Of a stretch of 32,000 bases of DNA, positions 1 to 9,288 are shown in pieces; position 1 is the stretch's first letter, and every line of letters starts with the position of its first letter. Position numbers and translations under genes: made by a program. Location: NCBI RefSeq assembly GCF_008000775.2, contig NZ_CP042905.2, positions 4,260,001 through 4,292,000 of the forward strand. Direction: 5' to 3'. The notes beneath the pieces were generated by a model, which was not told the origin of the DNA, did not search any database, and saw only the letters and a program-made list of their open reading frames with translations. This DNA comes from Promethearchaeum syntrophicum. GTDB lineage: Archaea; Asgardarchaeota; Lokiarchaeia; Sigyniarchaeales; Promethearchaeaceae.

Positions 1-253
1 TCGCTACTGGATCAATTCTATTCTCCAAATTCTGAATCATCAAGGGTAATTATTTTTATTTCAATAAATTATTTCGTCCTCATTTTTTATAGTAGGAGAA
101 TTTATTCAAACAAAAAAAAAATTTCCCCATTTTCTTTGAAGTTCAAATCTATATATTGAGTATATGTTGATCTGAATATTTTTTCAAGTTTTTTCCCTTT
201 TCTCTTCATATTCTTATAAATGTCTTAAACAATTCATAAAATTGAAAATTATA

Positions 254-2740
254 ATGTTAATAAACGATATTTTCACGGGAATAGTTCTTTTATGCCTAAT
301 TCATATTATATATCTGATTTTAAACGATCGCAAAGATCTCCCAATTGAGATCAGTAAGAAAAACGGAAATCCATTTGTTAGTATTATTGTTCCTACATTA
401 AATGAGGAAAATAATATCTCAAAATGTATATCCAGTTTAGAAAAAATTGATTATCCCAATAAAGAAATTATCGTAGTAGACGGCGGCTCGAAAGACCGTA
501 CGGTCGAAATTGCTAAGGGATTTGGAGTAAAAATAATAACCTTTAATAAATTACCGGAAAATTGGGTCGGAAAGTCATATGCATGTCATTTAGGATATAA
601 AGAATCAAGAGGGGATATTCTATTATTTACAGATGCCGATACTGTTCACACACCTGATTCCCTAACTATTACGATTTCCAAATTGCTACATCATAATATA
701 TCTTTGCTTTCTACAATTCCCTATCAACAAGCAGAAAGATGGTATGAATATCTTTCGGGGTATTATTTCTTCTTAGCTTGGTTAATTAGAGGACCGAAAA
801 TAAATATTTATAATAAGAAGAAAAAGGATTTTTTTGCCATAGGGCAATATATGTTATTCCAAAGGGAAAAATATGAACAACTAGGTGGACATGTTGCTAT
901 TCATGAAAAAGTGGTTGAAGATTTTGCATTAGCCAAATTGGTTAAAGAAAAAGGTCATCATTTGTATTATCTTGATAAAAATAAAATCGTTTCATGTCGA
1001 ATGTATCCAGATGGATTTAGAAGTTTCTATGAAGGGTTTAGAAAATCAATTTGGACAGGAATGGAAATGCTTCCACTTTATAAAATATTTATAGCAGCAT
1101 CTTGGATTATTTTGGGCCTTTTTGCCCCTTATTTCCTCATAAAATCTTTATTGGACGGAGAAAATATACTCCGTATTGCATTTTACGGGGGAAGTTATTT
1201 ATTATTTGCATTCTCGTTGTATTATGATTGGCATCCAAACAGAAAGGATCATTTAATTGTCTATTTATTGTACCCTATCGGACTTTTGATTACAACCATA
1301 ATCTTGATCACATCGATTTATGATGGAATTTTAGGGAAACCCGTAAAATGGAAAGGAATAAATTATGAAACAAAAATAAAAAGTAAAAAAACAAAATTTG
1401 AACAAAAACCAGAAATACGGGTGAAAAAGAAAAGGTTAGCTACATTAGATTTTTTGAGAGGGGTTGCAATTTTAATGGTAGTAGGATTCCATTCAATTGA
1501 ACGAGCCCTACCTATCGATTTTTGGGATAATTTTATTTTGACAGCTCCGAAATGGCAATTTTATTTATTCGGACCTTTTTTACTTTTAATGAGTTGGCGG
1601 GGCTTTTTCATTTTAATTTCCGCAATTGTGTATATTTATACGTTTGAAGCAAGGGTTCGTATAACCAATAATCCGGGAATCCTTTTAAAGAAAAATATAA
1701 TGAAAGGAACAATTTTATTTCTTTTTGGATGTATTATAAACATCTTTTTGCATCCAGACGCAACAATTGGAACTTTTCTTCTAACTGGTCAATGGCAACC
1801 AGAACAATTCATCTTTAGATTAAATAACTCCAATGCTATTCAAATGATTGCATTGGGATTGATAATATTTTCTTTTATTCATTTTATACTCACTCGAAAT
1901 AAAGGTTATAAGAAAACAACTAGAAATTTAATAATATATACGTCTTTAATGATACTAATTATCTTTTTAACACCAATATTGAATCGAATTTTGTTTTCGA
2001 ACCGGGGAATAACTCGCGATGATATCCTTTTTATAGAAACAAATTCTCCTGCTGAATTTCTCAGTGGAATTTTCTTAGCAAATCTTGTAGGAAACGCTCA
2101 ACCGTTATTTCCATATTTATCCGTAACTTTTTTTGGGTGCATTATCGGGATTATTTTAAATCAAGATGAATGGAAAATAAAGAAGAAATTAACCAGAATA
2201 TTTCTATTGGGAGTTTTATGTATCATCGTAGCACTTCTAGATTGGATCTTTATTAGGGGAAGTGAACCGATAAGTGCTTTTATAATTGCACCAATTTGGT
2301 TCTTAATTCTAAATACTGGTTTGCAGACATTTCTAATTGCTATTTTCTTATATTTCTTTGATTATTCGAAAAATATTGAGAAGCGAATGAAACGAGTAAA
2401 AAAAGTTCGCTTTATAAGACGCGCAGGATTAGTTTCGTTAACTTTATTTTCGACTCAATATCTTGATATTATCCCTAGATTTCTATTAACTAAAATCACA
2501 GGAATTGATTTCTTGAATTTAGGTAATTTAACATCACTTTACCAATCATTTCTGTTACTCTGGATAATTATATTTTATTGGGTATTTTTATTGAAATTGT
2601 GGGAATATGGAAAATTTTACGGTTCTTTTGATTGGCTTATGGTGTATATCTCTTCTTCATTACTGAAGAAAAAATTGAATTGGCAAGATCCTTTGAATAT
2701 AAATAGAAATCTATATGAAATTGAACAAAATATGAAATAA
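254..2740 (+). CDS. Fusion protein: N-terminal family 2 glycosyltransferase (CrtQ-like) plus C-terminal multi-TM acyltransferase-like domain (DUF1624/HGSNAT-like)
   Basis: Track ORF 242..2740 starts with TTG; an in-frame ATG lies at 254 (M-K-I-I-M). GT2 motifs: VSIIVPTLNEENNISKCISSL, VVDGGSKDRTVEIA, DILLFTDADT. Second domain begins KKRLATLDFLRGVAILMVVGFH, typical of the DUF1624/DUF418 acyltransferase-like membrane families, followed by many hydrophobic segments. Confidence 0.85.
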   Translation: MLINDIFTGIVLLCLIHIIYLILNDRKDLPIEISKKNGNPFVSIIVPTLNEENNISKCISSLEKIDYPNKEIIVVDGGSKDRTVEIAKGFGVKIITFNKLPENWVGKSYACHLGYKESRGDILLFTDADTVHTPDSLTITISKLLHHNISLLSTIPYQQAERWYEYLSGYYFFLAWLIRGPKINIYNKKKKDFFAIGQYMLFQREKYEQLGGHVAIHEKVVEDFALAKLVKEKGHHLYYLDKNKIVSCRMYPDGFRSFYEGFRKSIWTGMEMLPLYKIFIAASWIILGLFAPYFLIKSLLDGENILRIAFYGGSYLLFAFSLYYDWHPNRKDHLIVYLLYPIGLLITTIILITSIYDGILGKPVKWKGINYETKIKSKKTKFEQKPEIRVKKKRLATLDFLRGVAILMVVGFHSIERALPIDFWDNFILTAPKWQFYLFGPFLLLMSWRGFFILISAIVYIYTFEARVRITNNPGILLKKNIMKGTILFLFGCIINIFLHPDATIGTFLLTGQWQPEQFIFRLNNSNAIQMIALGLIIFSFIHFILTRNKGYKKTTRNLIIYTSLMILIIFLTPILNRILFSNRGITRDDILFIETNSPAEFLSGIFLANLVGNAQPLFPYLSVTFFGCIIGIILNQDEWKIKKKLTRIFLLGVLCIIVALLDWIFIRGSEPISAFIIAPIWFLILNTGLQTFLIAIFLYFFDYSKNIEKRMKRVKKVRFIRRAGLVSLTLFSTQYLDIIPRFLLTKITGIDFLNLGNLTSLYQSFLLLWIIIFYWVFLLKLWEYGKFYGSFDWLMVYISSSLLKKKLNWQDPLNINRNLYEIEQNMK

Positions 2741-5128
2741 TTAATTGTTTCGGAAAAAAGTTTGAGCTATTTCAACAGCTTGCCTAGCATCTTTTCCATA
2801 ATAATCAGCATTAATCATTTTTGCATATTTTTCATTGAGAACAGCCCCTCCAACCATAATTCTACAGTCTTTATCGCTATTTTGAAGCTTTTCAATGGTT
2901 TTTTTCATGTTTTCAACCGTCGGCGTCATTAAGGCAGATAAACCAACCAATTTGATTTTTTGTTCAATGCAAGTGGATACTATGGAGTCAATTGGGACAT
3001 CTTTACCTAAATCAATTACAGTAAATCCATAATTCTCCAGCAAGACTTTTACAATATTTTTACCAATATCGTGAACATCTCCTGCTACAGTAGCTAATAA
3101 TATTTTTCCTTTACTTAATCCTTTCTCATCTTCATGAGGCATGGTAGATTTGATTATTTTAAAAGCTTTTTTCACTGTTTCTGCTGATCGGATTAACTGA
3201 GGTAAGAATATATCTCCTTGATCATACATATCCCCAACAATATCAAGTGAGGGAATTAAATGTTCGTCAATTATCGAAAGCGGAGGAGTATTCTTTAAAA
3301 GATCTTGTGTTTTCTGCTCAACTTGATTTAGTAGACCTTTAATGATAATATTGGAAAGCGATTCCTTCGTTTCTTCTTTAAGAAGCTGTTTTTCAGATTG
3401 GTTATTACCAAACTTATTAATGAAATCCTCCGAATTTTTATCTGTATTTGATAATATTCTAAACGCAAAAATGGTTTCTATAATTTCTGGTACTAAAGGA
3501 TCTGTAATTGGAGCATCTAATCCGTATGTTAATGCCATTGCCATATAAGTTTGATTTATAAGATCTCTACGGGGTAATCCAAAGGATATATTACTTGCTC
3601 CTAAAACAGTTTTTACTCCGAATTTTTGTTTTATTATCTGCATAGCTTTAAGGCTTTTAAGGACTTGATCTTGGTGAGTACTTGCTGTTAATACCAAACA
3701 ATCAATTAAAATATCTTTTTTAGGAATTCCATATTGTTTTGCCGTGGTTATAATTTTTTCAGCAATTTCTACCCTTTGTTCAATTGTTTTTGGTAATCCT
3801 CTTTCATCCATTGTTAGACCAATAACGCAAGCACCATATTTTTTCGCAATCGGAAAGATTTGTTCCATGTTATTTTTTTTACCCGTAACGGAATTCAATA
3901 TTGTTTTTCCGTTAAATATTCGAGCTCCCGCTTCTAATGTCTTAATATTTGCACTATCTATCTGAAGTGGTATATCAATAATTCCTTGAAGTTCTTTTAT
4001 TACTTTAACCATCATTATCGGTTCATCAATTTCTGGAAGACCGATATTGACGTCGAGAATGTCTGCTCCTGCATCTTTTTGAGCAATTGCTTCGTTTATA
4101 ATTGCCCCGTAATCTTGGTTTATAAGAGCATTTTTTATTATTCCATTCCCAGTCGGATTGATTCTTTCACCTATAATTTTTGGCAGATTTGCATCAAAAA
4201 TTACAGTTTTTGTTGAAGAGCAAGCACAAGTATAAGAAACGGGTTTGGGAACCGAAGGATCAATATTTTTTAACTTCTCATGCAACTTGAGGATAAATTC
4301 CGGGGTAGTCCCACAACATCCTCCAAGAATTCGCACTCCTTTCTTCGCAATTTCGACCATAACTGTTGCAAATTCTTCAGGAGTAACATTGAAAACCGTT
4401 TCTCCATCCACATAATCGGGTAGACCTGCATTTGGTTGAACCATAACTGGAATTGTTGCATATTTTAAAATTTCATCCACAATAGGTAAAATATCTTTTG
4501 GACCCAATGAACAATTTACTCCGATAACATCCACACCCAAACCTTCTAAAACATTAACCATTGTAATAGGATCAGTTCCTGTGAGCGTTCTACCATTTTG
4601 ATCAAAAGTCATCGTGCAAAAAACAGGTAAATTAGAATTCTCTTTGGCTGCAAGAATCGCAGCTTTTGCTTCATATAAATCCGAGATGGTTTCAATAATA
4701 ATAAGATCTGCCCCAGCATCCGTACCAGCAATAACTTGACGTTTATAAAGATCGTAAGCTTGCTCAAATTTTAAAGATCCAAGAGGTTCTAATAATTGCC
4801 CTGTTGGGCCCAAATCAAGAGCTACGTATTTTTTTCCAGCAGCCTTTCTTGCAAGAGATACGGCTTTTTGAACCACATCTTCAACAGAATATAGACAACC
4901 TTTTAATTTTATTTCATTAGCTCCAAAAGTATTGGTAATTATAATATCAGAGCCCGCTTCAATGTTTTGTTTATGAATGTCAAGAATAACATCTGAATGT
5001 GTGAAATTAAATAATTCTGGGATTTCGCCCGCTTTTAATCCCATTTTCTGAAGCGTTGTTCCCATAGCGCTATCGAATAATATAAATTTTTTTTTGTTTT
5101 CTTCAAAGATTTTTTTTACGAAACTCAC
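2741..5128 (-). CDS. metH: Cobalamin-dependent methionine synthase core (homocysteine S-methyltransferase + pterin-binding + B12-binding domains, no activation domain)
   Basis: N-terminal DSAMGTTLQKMG, GGCCGTTPEFI; pterin-binding IIGERINPTGN and DVNIGLPEIDE; B12-binding GDVHDIGKNIV (DxHxxG) and LVGLSALMT. 795 aa, ending after the Rossmann B12 domain. Confidence 0.93.
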   Translation of the reverse strand: MSFVKKIFEENKKKFILFDSAMGTTLQKMGLKAGEIPELFNFTHSDVILDIHKQNIEAGSDIIITNTFGANEIKLKGCLYSVEDVVQKAVSLARKAAGKKYVALDLGPTGQLLEPLGSLKFEQAYDLYKRQVIAGTDAGADLIIIETISDLYEAKAAILAAKENSNLPVFCTMTFDQNGRTLTGTDPITMVNVLEGLGVDVIGVNCSLGPKDILPIVDEILKYATIPVMVQPNAGLPDYVDGETVFNVTPEEFATVMVEIAKKGVRILGGCCGTTPEFILKLHEKLKNIDPSVPKPVSYTCACSSTKTVIFDANLPKIIGERINPTGNGIIKNALINQDYGAIINEAIAQKDAGADILDVNIGLPEIDEPIMMVKVIKELQGIIDIPLQIDSANIKTLEAGARIFNGKTILNSVTGKKNNMEQIFPIAKKYGACVIGLTMDERGLPKTIEQRVEIAEKIITTAKQYGIPKKDILIDCLVLTASTHQDQVLKSLKAMQIIKQKFGVKTVLGASNISFGLPRRDLINQTYMAMALTYGLDAPITDPLVPEIIETIFAFRILSNTDKNSEDFINKFGNNQSEKQLLKEETKESLSNIIIKGLLNQVEQKTQDLLKNTPPLSIIDEHLIPSLDIVGDMYDQGDIFLPQLIRSAETVKKAFKIIKSTMPHEDEKGLSKGKILLATVAGDVHDIGKNIVKVLLENYGFTVIDLGKDVPIDSIVSTCIEQKIKLVGLSALMTPTVENMKKTIEKLQNSDKDCRIMVGGAVLNEKYAKMINADYYGKDARQAVEIAQTFFRNN

Positions 5129-5819
5129 AAAAAGTTCCCTCCTGTAAATATATACAATTTTTGTATCTCAAACAAGTCTTACATTTCTCATTATCTGCTC
5201 TTTTTTGAACTTTTCCAGTAGGTTTTTTTATATTTTTATCTTCAAAACCAATTATAGCAGTTACGGATTTTGAAGGAACTAAAATGTGTTCATTTGAGAC
5301 CGTCAATCCCATTGTTCTTGACGAATTTAAGACTTTTAATATATTATCTTGAACTTTGAGCGAAAAATCACCATAACCAGGACTAAATCGATATGTAAGA
5401 TTACAATTTGACTGATTTGCGATTTCTTTTATTTCACTTTCCAAATTATCACTAATTGCTTCAATATAGGTAGTTGCGCATGCATCAAAAATCACTGCTT
5501 TTGTCAAATCGATATTACTATAATATTTTATCTTCCGATCCACTTGAATTCCTAAAGTTACGGCCATAATTGCAACCTTTTTTGAATGAATCAGGTGTTT
5601 TATAATGTCTTTTCCCGTTAAAACTAAAATTGAATTTAAAATTTGAATGCTTTTTTGATTTTTTTTTATCTCAAATATTCGGTATTGGAATTTTGGGACA
5701 GAAATTTTTCTTACTTCTTCAATACTTTCATCTATTAGTTGATCCGTTATTTGATCATTATTTTTATCAGTCCCACCAAGATAGCGAAGAATTTCTTTCT
5801 TATCAATTTCTATATTCAT
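5103..5819 (-). CDS. Stand-alone methionine synthase reactivation-domain protein with C-terminal Cys cluster
   Basis: Immediately upstream of and overlapping metH; YRFSPGYGDFSL, VSKSVTAIIGF and C-terminal CKTCLRYKNCIYLQEGTFC match stand-alone MetH activation-domain proteins. Confidence 0.8.
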   Translation of the reverse strand: MNIEIDKKEILRYLGGTDKNNDQITDQLIDESIEEVRKISVPKFQYRIFEIKKNQKSIQILNSILVLTGKDIIKHLIHSKKVAIMAVTLGIQVDRKIKYYSNIDLTKAVIFDACATTYIEAISDNLESEIKEIANQSNCNLTYRFSPGYGDFSLKVQDNILKVLNSSRTMGLTVSNEHILVPSKSVTAIIGFEDKNIKKPTGKVQKRADNEKCKTCLRYKNCIYLQEGTFCEFRKKNL

Positions 5820-6679
5820 AGATTTACTTTCTCCAGAATTTTTTTGGCAATTTCTGGTCGATTCATAGTGTAAATGTGTATTCCATCAACACCGTTTGCT
5901 ATTAAATCATTAATTTGTTGGGCAGCATAATAAATTCCTTCATTTTGCAATTTCAAGGGATTCTGGTGATTTTTTGCAATTATTTTAGATAATTTTCGCG
6001 GAATGGTGCTTCCACATAATGTTGTTATTCGATTCATTTGTTTTGCGTTTGTAACTGGCATTATTCCTGCAGATAATGGAATTTTTAGACCCATCTCTTC
6101 AAATCGATCCTTAAAATGATAAAAATATGTATTATCAAAAAAAATCTGGGAAATCAGGAAACAAGCACCTGTTTCAACCTTGAATTTAACATATTTTAAA
6201 TCTGTTTCAAAATTTTCTGCCTCAATATGACCCTCCGGATAAAAGGCAGCGCCTATACAAAAATTATATCTGTGATTTAACTCTTCAATTAAATCAGAGG
6301 CATATTTGTAATGTAGGGGAGTAGGAAATTTAAAATTTGGATCTGAAGGTAAATCACCTCGAAGTGCTAAAACATTTTCAATATTGTTTTCGTTTAATTC
6401 TTTAGCAATTTGAATGATTTCTTGCTTTTTAGCAGACACACAAGTTAAATGAGCAAGAGATTCAATTTTGTACTTGTTTTTTATAATTGAGGCGATTTCT
6501 ACAGTGTGGTCTTTAGTACCTCCTCCTGCCCCGTAAGTTACTGATATAAAATCAGGATTTAGAGCTTTTAGGGCTTCTATTGTGGAATAAATTGAATCCA
6601 AATTATAATTACGTGTGGGAGGAAAAACTTCGAATGAGATAACTGGTTTTTTTTGTTTAAAAAATTCTTTAATTAGCAT
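5816..6679 (-). CDS. metF: Methylenetetrahydrofolate reductase
   Basis: SFEVFPPTRN, SVTYGAGGGTKDHTVEIA, HLTCVSA, NVLALRGDLP, FLISQIFFDN and GIHIYTMNRPEIAKKI motifs; 4-nt overlap with the downstream gene. Confidence 0.93.
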   Translation of the reverse strand: MLIKEFFKQKKPVISFEVFPPTRNYNLDSIYSTIEALKALNPDFISVTYGAGGGTKDHTVEIASIIKNKYKIESLAHLTCVSAKKQEIIQIAKELNENNIENVLALRGDLPSDPNFKFPTPLHYKYASDLIEELNHRYNFCIGAAFYPEGHIEAENFETDLKYVKFKVETGACFLISQIFFDNTYFYHFKDRFEEMGLKIPLSAGIMPVTNAKQMNRITTLCGSTIPRKLSKIIAKNHQNPLKLQNEGIYYAAQQINDLIANGVDGIHIYTMNRPEIAKKILEKVNL

Positions 6680-6708
6680 CTATTGAGTTAAAAAGGAATT
6701 AAAGAAAA

Positions 6709-7236
6709 TTAATTCTTTTGTAATTTTGAAGGTCGAATAATACATACTTGAGGTTGATGTTTATGTCTACTACGAGTTGATAACCGTTGTTCTCTTCTTT
6801 TTAGAGCTTCATTGTATCTACGCTTTTCTTCTTCTGTTTCTATTGATAAAGAAGGCACTTCTAATGGTTTATCATTTTTATCTAATGCAACAAATGTTAA
6901 ATACGCACTTGCAACATGCGTTCTTATTCCTGAAATTAAGCACTCAGCTTCAATTCTCACTCCAATTTCAAGAGAAGTTCTTGAAGTATAATTCACAGAA
7001 GCATATGCAATTACTAAATTTCCAACGTACACTGGAGTAATAAAGTCGATTTTATCCACTGAGGCGGTTACACAATTAGAATGAGTATGTCTGGTAGCTG
7101 CTATAAGTGCTGCATTGTCAATAATTTTCATTATCGATCCTCCATGCACATTACCTCCAGGATTTGCATGCTCAGGCATCATTAATTGAGCTAAATGTAT
7201 CTTAGATTTATTCGTTGGTTTTGATTTTAATTCCAT
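6709..7236 (-). CDS. Hotdog-fold acyl-CoA thioesterase (YciA/BACH-like)
   Basis: MMPEHANPGGNVHGGSIMKIIDNAALIAATRH and VDKIDFITPVYVGNLV motifs; 175 aa. Confidence 0.85.
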   Translation of the reverse strand: MELKSKPTNKSKIHLAQLMMPEHANPGGNVHGGSIMKIIDNAALIAATRHTHSNCVTASVDKIDFITPVYVGNLVIAYASVNYTSRTSLEIGVRIEAECLISGIRTHVASAYLTFVALDKNDKPLEVPSLSIETEEEKRRYNEALKRREQRLSTRSRHKHQPQVCIIRPSKLQKN

Positions 7237-7294
7237 ATAAGCAAGAAAACGATAAACTAATAAAAAATTTGTAAAAAAGAATTATAAGTTGTTA

Positions 7295-9190
7295 TCAATC
7301 TTTTACAATAACTGACTCAATAGCATCTCTAACTTCTTTTACTGAAGCACTGTCTTCAATTGTAGAAATATCCCCAATATTTTTTCCTTCAGCTATTGAT
7401 TTTATTATTCGACGCATAACCTTTCCGGATCTCGTTTTTGGTAATCGACTCACTACCAAAATTTCTTTAGGTTTAGCAATCGGTCCAATTCCATCTCGAA
7501 TTTTTTGTCGTAAACCATTTATTAATTCATCAGAACTAATAATATTTTCCTTTAAAACCACAAGAACGAGGGGAACTTGTCCCTTTATTGGATCTGCAAT
7601 TCCAATCACCATATTTTCTGCAACGGATGGATGAGAATTCAGTAATTCTTCTATTTCACGAGTTCCCAGTCTATGACTTGCGACTTTTATGACTTCATCA
7701 GCACGTCCGAGAACAAAATAATATCCATCCTTATCTTTTATAGCATAATCTCCTGTATAATACACGGGTTCTCCAGGTAACACCTTGAAATAGGTTTCGT
7801 TGTAACGATCATCGTCACCCCAAATTGTAAGCATATGTCCTGGAGGGGTTGGAGGTTTTGCAACTAGAAATCCTTTCACTCCCGCTCCAACAGTCTTATT
7901 ATTATCGTCTACTACTTCAAGATTCCATGTCCATGTTGGATATGTTGGAGAACCAGGTTTAATAGGAATATTATCAACACCAACGGGATTACATAAAACG
8001 GGCCATCCTGTCTCAGTTTGCCAATAATTATCGATAATTTCTGTTTTACCTAACACCCTCTTTGCAAATTCATAGGTCGGAGGATCTAGGGGCTCACCAG
8101 CCAGGAATAAATATTTTAAACAACTTAGATCAAATTTAGTGATATTCTCTTCTGGGAATTTCCTTAACATTCTAAATGCTGTTGGAGAACTAAAAACAAC
8201 GTCTGCTTTGACTTTTTCAATAATTTCAAACCAAATACCTGTATGAGGATGAATAGGAGTCCCATCATAGATAATGCTTGTAATTCCAGCAAAAAGAGGA
8301 AAATATATTGTATAACTATGCCCTACAACCCATCCTATGTCAGATGTGGCAAAATAAATGGAATCTTTTTTACAGCCATATAAGGAGAATATTGAATGAT
8401 ATCCTGCGACCATGTAACCTGCAGTATCCCGTAATGCACCTTTTGGTTTTCCTGTTGTTCCTGAAGTATACAAGATATAGGAAGGATCTTCCGATTTGAG
8501 AGGTACACATTCTACTTCTTTGATAGGACAGTTCTCAATTTCATGTTTCCAATCGATATCTCTACCTTCGATCTTATGATAATCAATTAAATTGAGATTT
8601 AGAACTAAAACTTTAGGAACTTTATATTCCGCGATATCTATCGCATCATCGATGATTTTTTTAAGAGGTGTTATTTTTCCTGCTCGTTTACTTCCATCAG
8701 CGCAAATAATCAATTTAGGTTTTGCATCATCAATTCTAACGGCTATCGATTCTTTGCTAAAACCTGCAAAAATTATGCTGTGAATTAGCCCTATTCGTGT
8801 GCAAGCGAGTGCCGCAACACAAGATTCGATAGACATTGGTAAATAAAAAATTACGCGATCACCTTTTTCTAATCCTAAATGTTTGAAAAGTCCTGCTACT
8901 TGATTTACTAATATCAATAAATCAGAATAAGTTATTATTTTGCTGATTTTCTCAACAGGATTTTCATAAATATATGCAGCTCTATTTTTATGCTCATCAT
9001 CTTTAGCCCATCGATCTACAGCATTATAACAAATATTCGTTTCTCCGCCTTTAAACCATCTATAGAATGGTGGATTTGATGTATCCAATACTTTATCCCA
9101 TTTTTTATACCAGAATAATTCATTTGCTATTTTTCCCCAAAATTCTTCGGGATTCTCTATTGATTTTTTATAATCTTCACTATAAGTCAT
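7295..9190 (-). CDS. AMP-forming acyl-CoA synthetase, propionyl-/acetyl-CoA synthetase type (PrpE-like)
   Basis: ILYTSGTTGKPKG, RDTAGYMVAGY, SDIGWVVGHSY, DNYWQTETGWPV, YYTGDYAIKDKDGY, LPKTRSGKVMRR; 631 aa. Confidence 0.9.
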   Translation of the reverse strand: MTYSEDYKKSIENPEEFWGKIANELFWYKKWDKVLDTSNPPFYRWFKGGETNICYNAVDRWAKDDEHKNRAAYIYENPVEKISKIITYSDLLILVNQVAGLFKHLGLEKGDRVIFYLPMSIESCVAALACTRIGLIHSIIFAGFSKESIAVRIDDAKPKLIICADGSKRAGKITPLKKIIDDAIDIAEYKVPKVLVLNLNLIDYHKIEGRDIDWKHEIENCPIKEVECVPLKSEDPSYILYTSGTTGKPKGALRDTAGYMVAGYHSIFSLYGCKKDSIYFATSDIGWVVGHSYTIYFPLFAGITSIIYDGTPIHPHTGIWFEIIEKVKADVVFSSPTAFRMLRKFPEENITKFDLSCLKYLFLAGEPLDPPTYEFAKRVLGKTEIIDNYWQTETGWPVLCNPVGVDNIPIKPGSPTYPTWTWNLEVVDDNNKTVGAGVKGFLVAKPPTPPGHMLTIWGDDDRYNETYFKVLPGEPVYYTGDYAIKDKDGYYFVLGRADEVIKVASHRLGTREIEELLNSHPSVAENMVIGIADPIKGQVPLVLVVLKENIISSDELINGLRQKIRDGIGPIAKPKEILVVSRLPKTRSGKVMRRIIKSIAEGKNIGDISTIEDSASVKEVRDAIESVIVKD

Positions 9191-9288
9191 TTTTTTATCA
9201 CTTGATGAGAAATTGACTCTTAAATTTATAAATTTTTTAAGTTCATTACCTCAATAATAGATTAACACATTATTTTTGAAACAAAGGA

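Noticed and set aside
1-241. Possible truncated gene at the left edge
   Set aside because: AT-rich with stops found in the frames inspected; no supportable coding signal or RNA gene.
3342-3548. Plus-strand ORFs (3342, 3744, 3986) inside metH
   Set aside because: Short, no recognisable motifs and antisense to a strongly supported MetH frame.
6777-7040. 87 aa plus-strand ORF opposite the thioesterase
   Set aside because: Low-complexity composition, antisense to a clear hotdog thioesterase.
8308-8783. Plus-strand ORFs opposite the acyl-CoA synthetase
   Set aside because: No motifs; shadows of a well-supported CDS.
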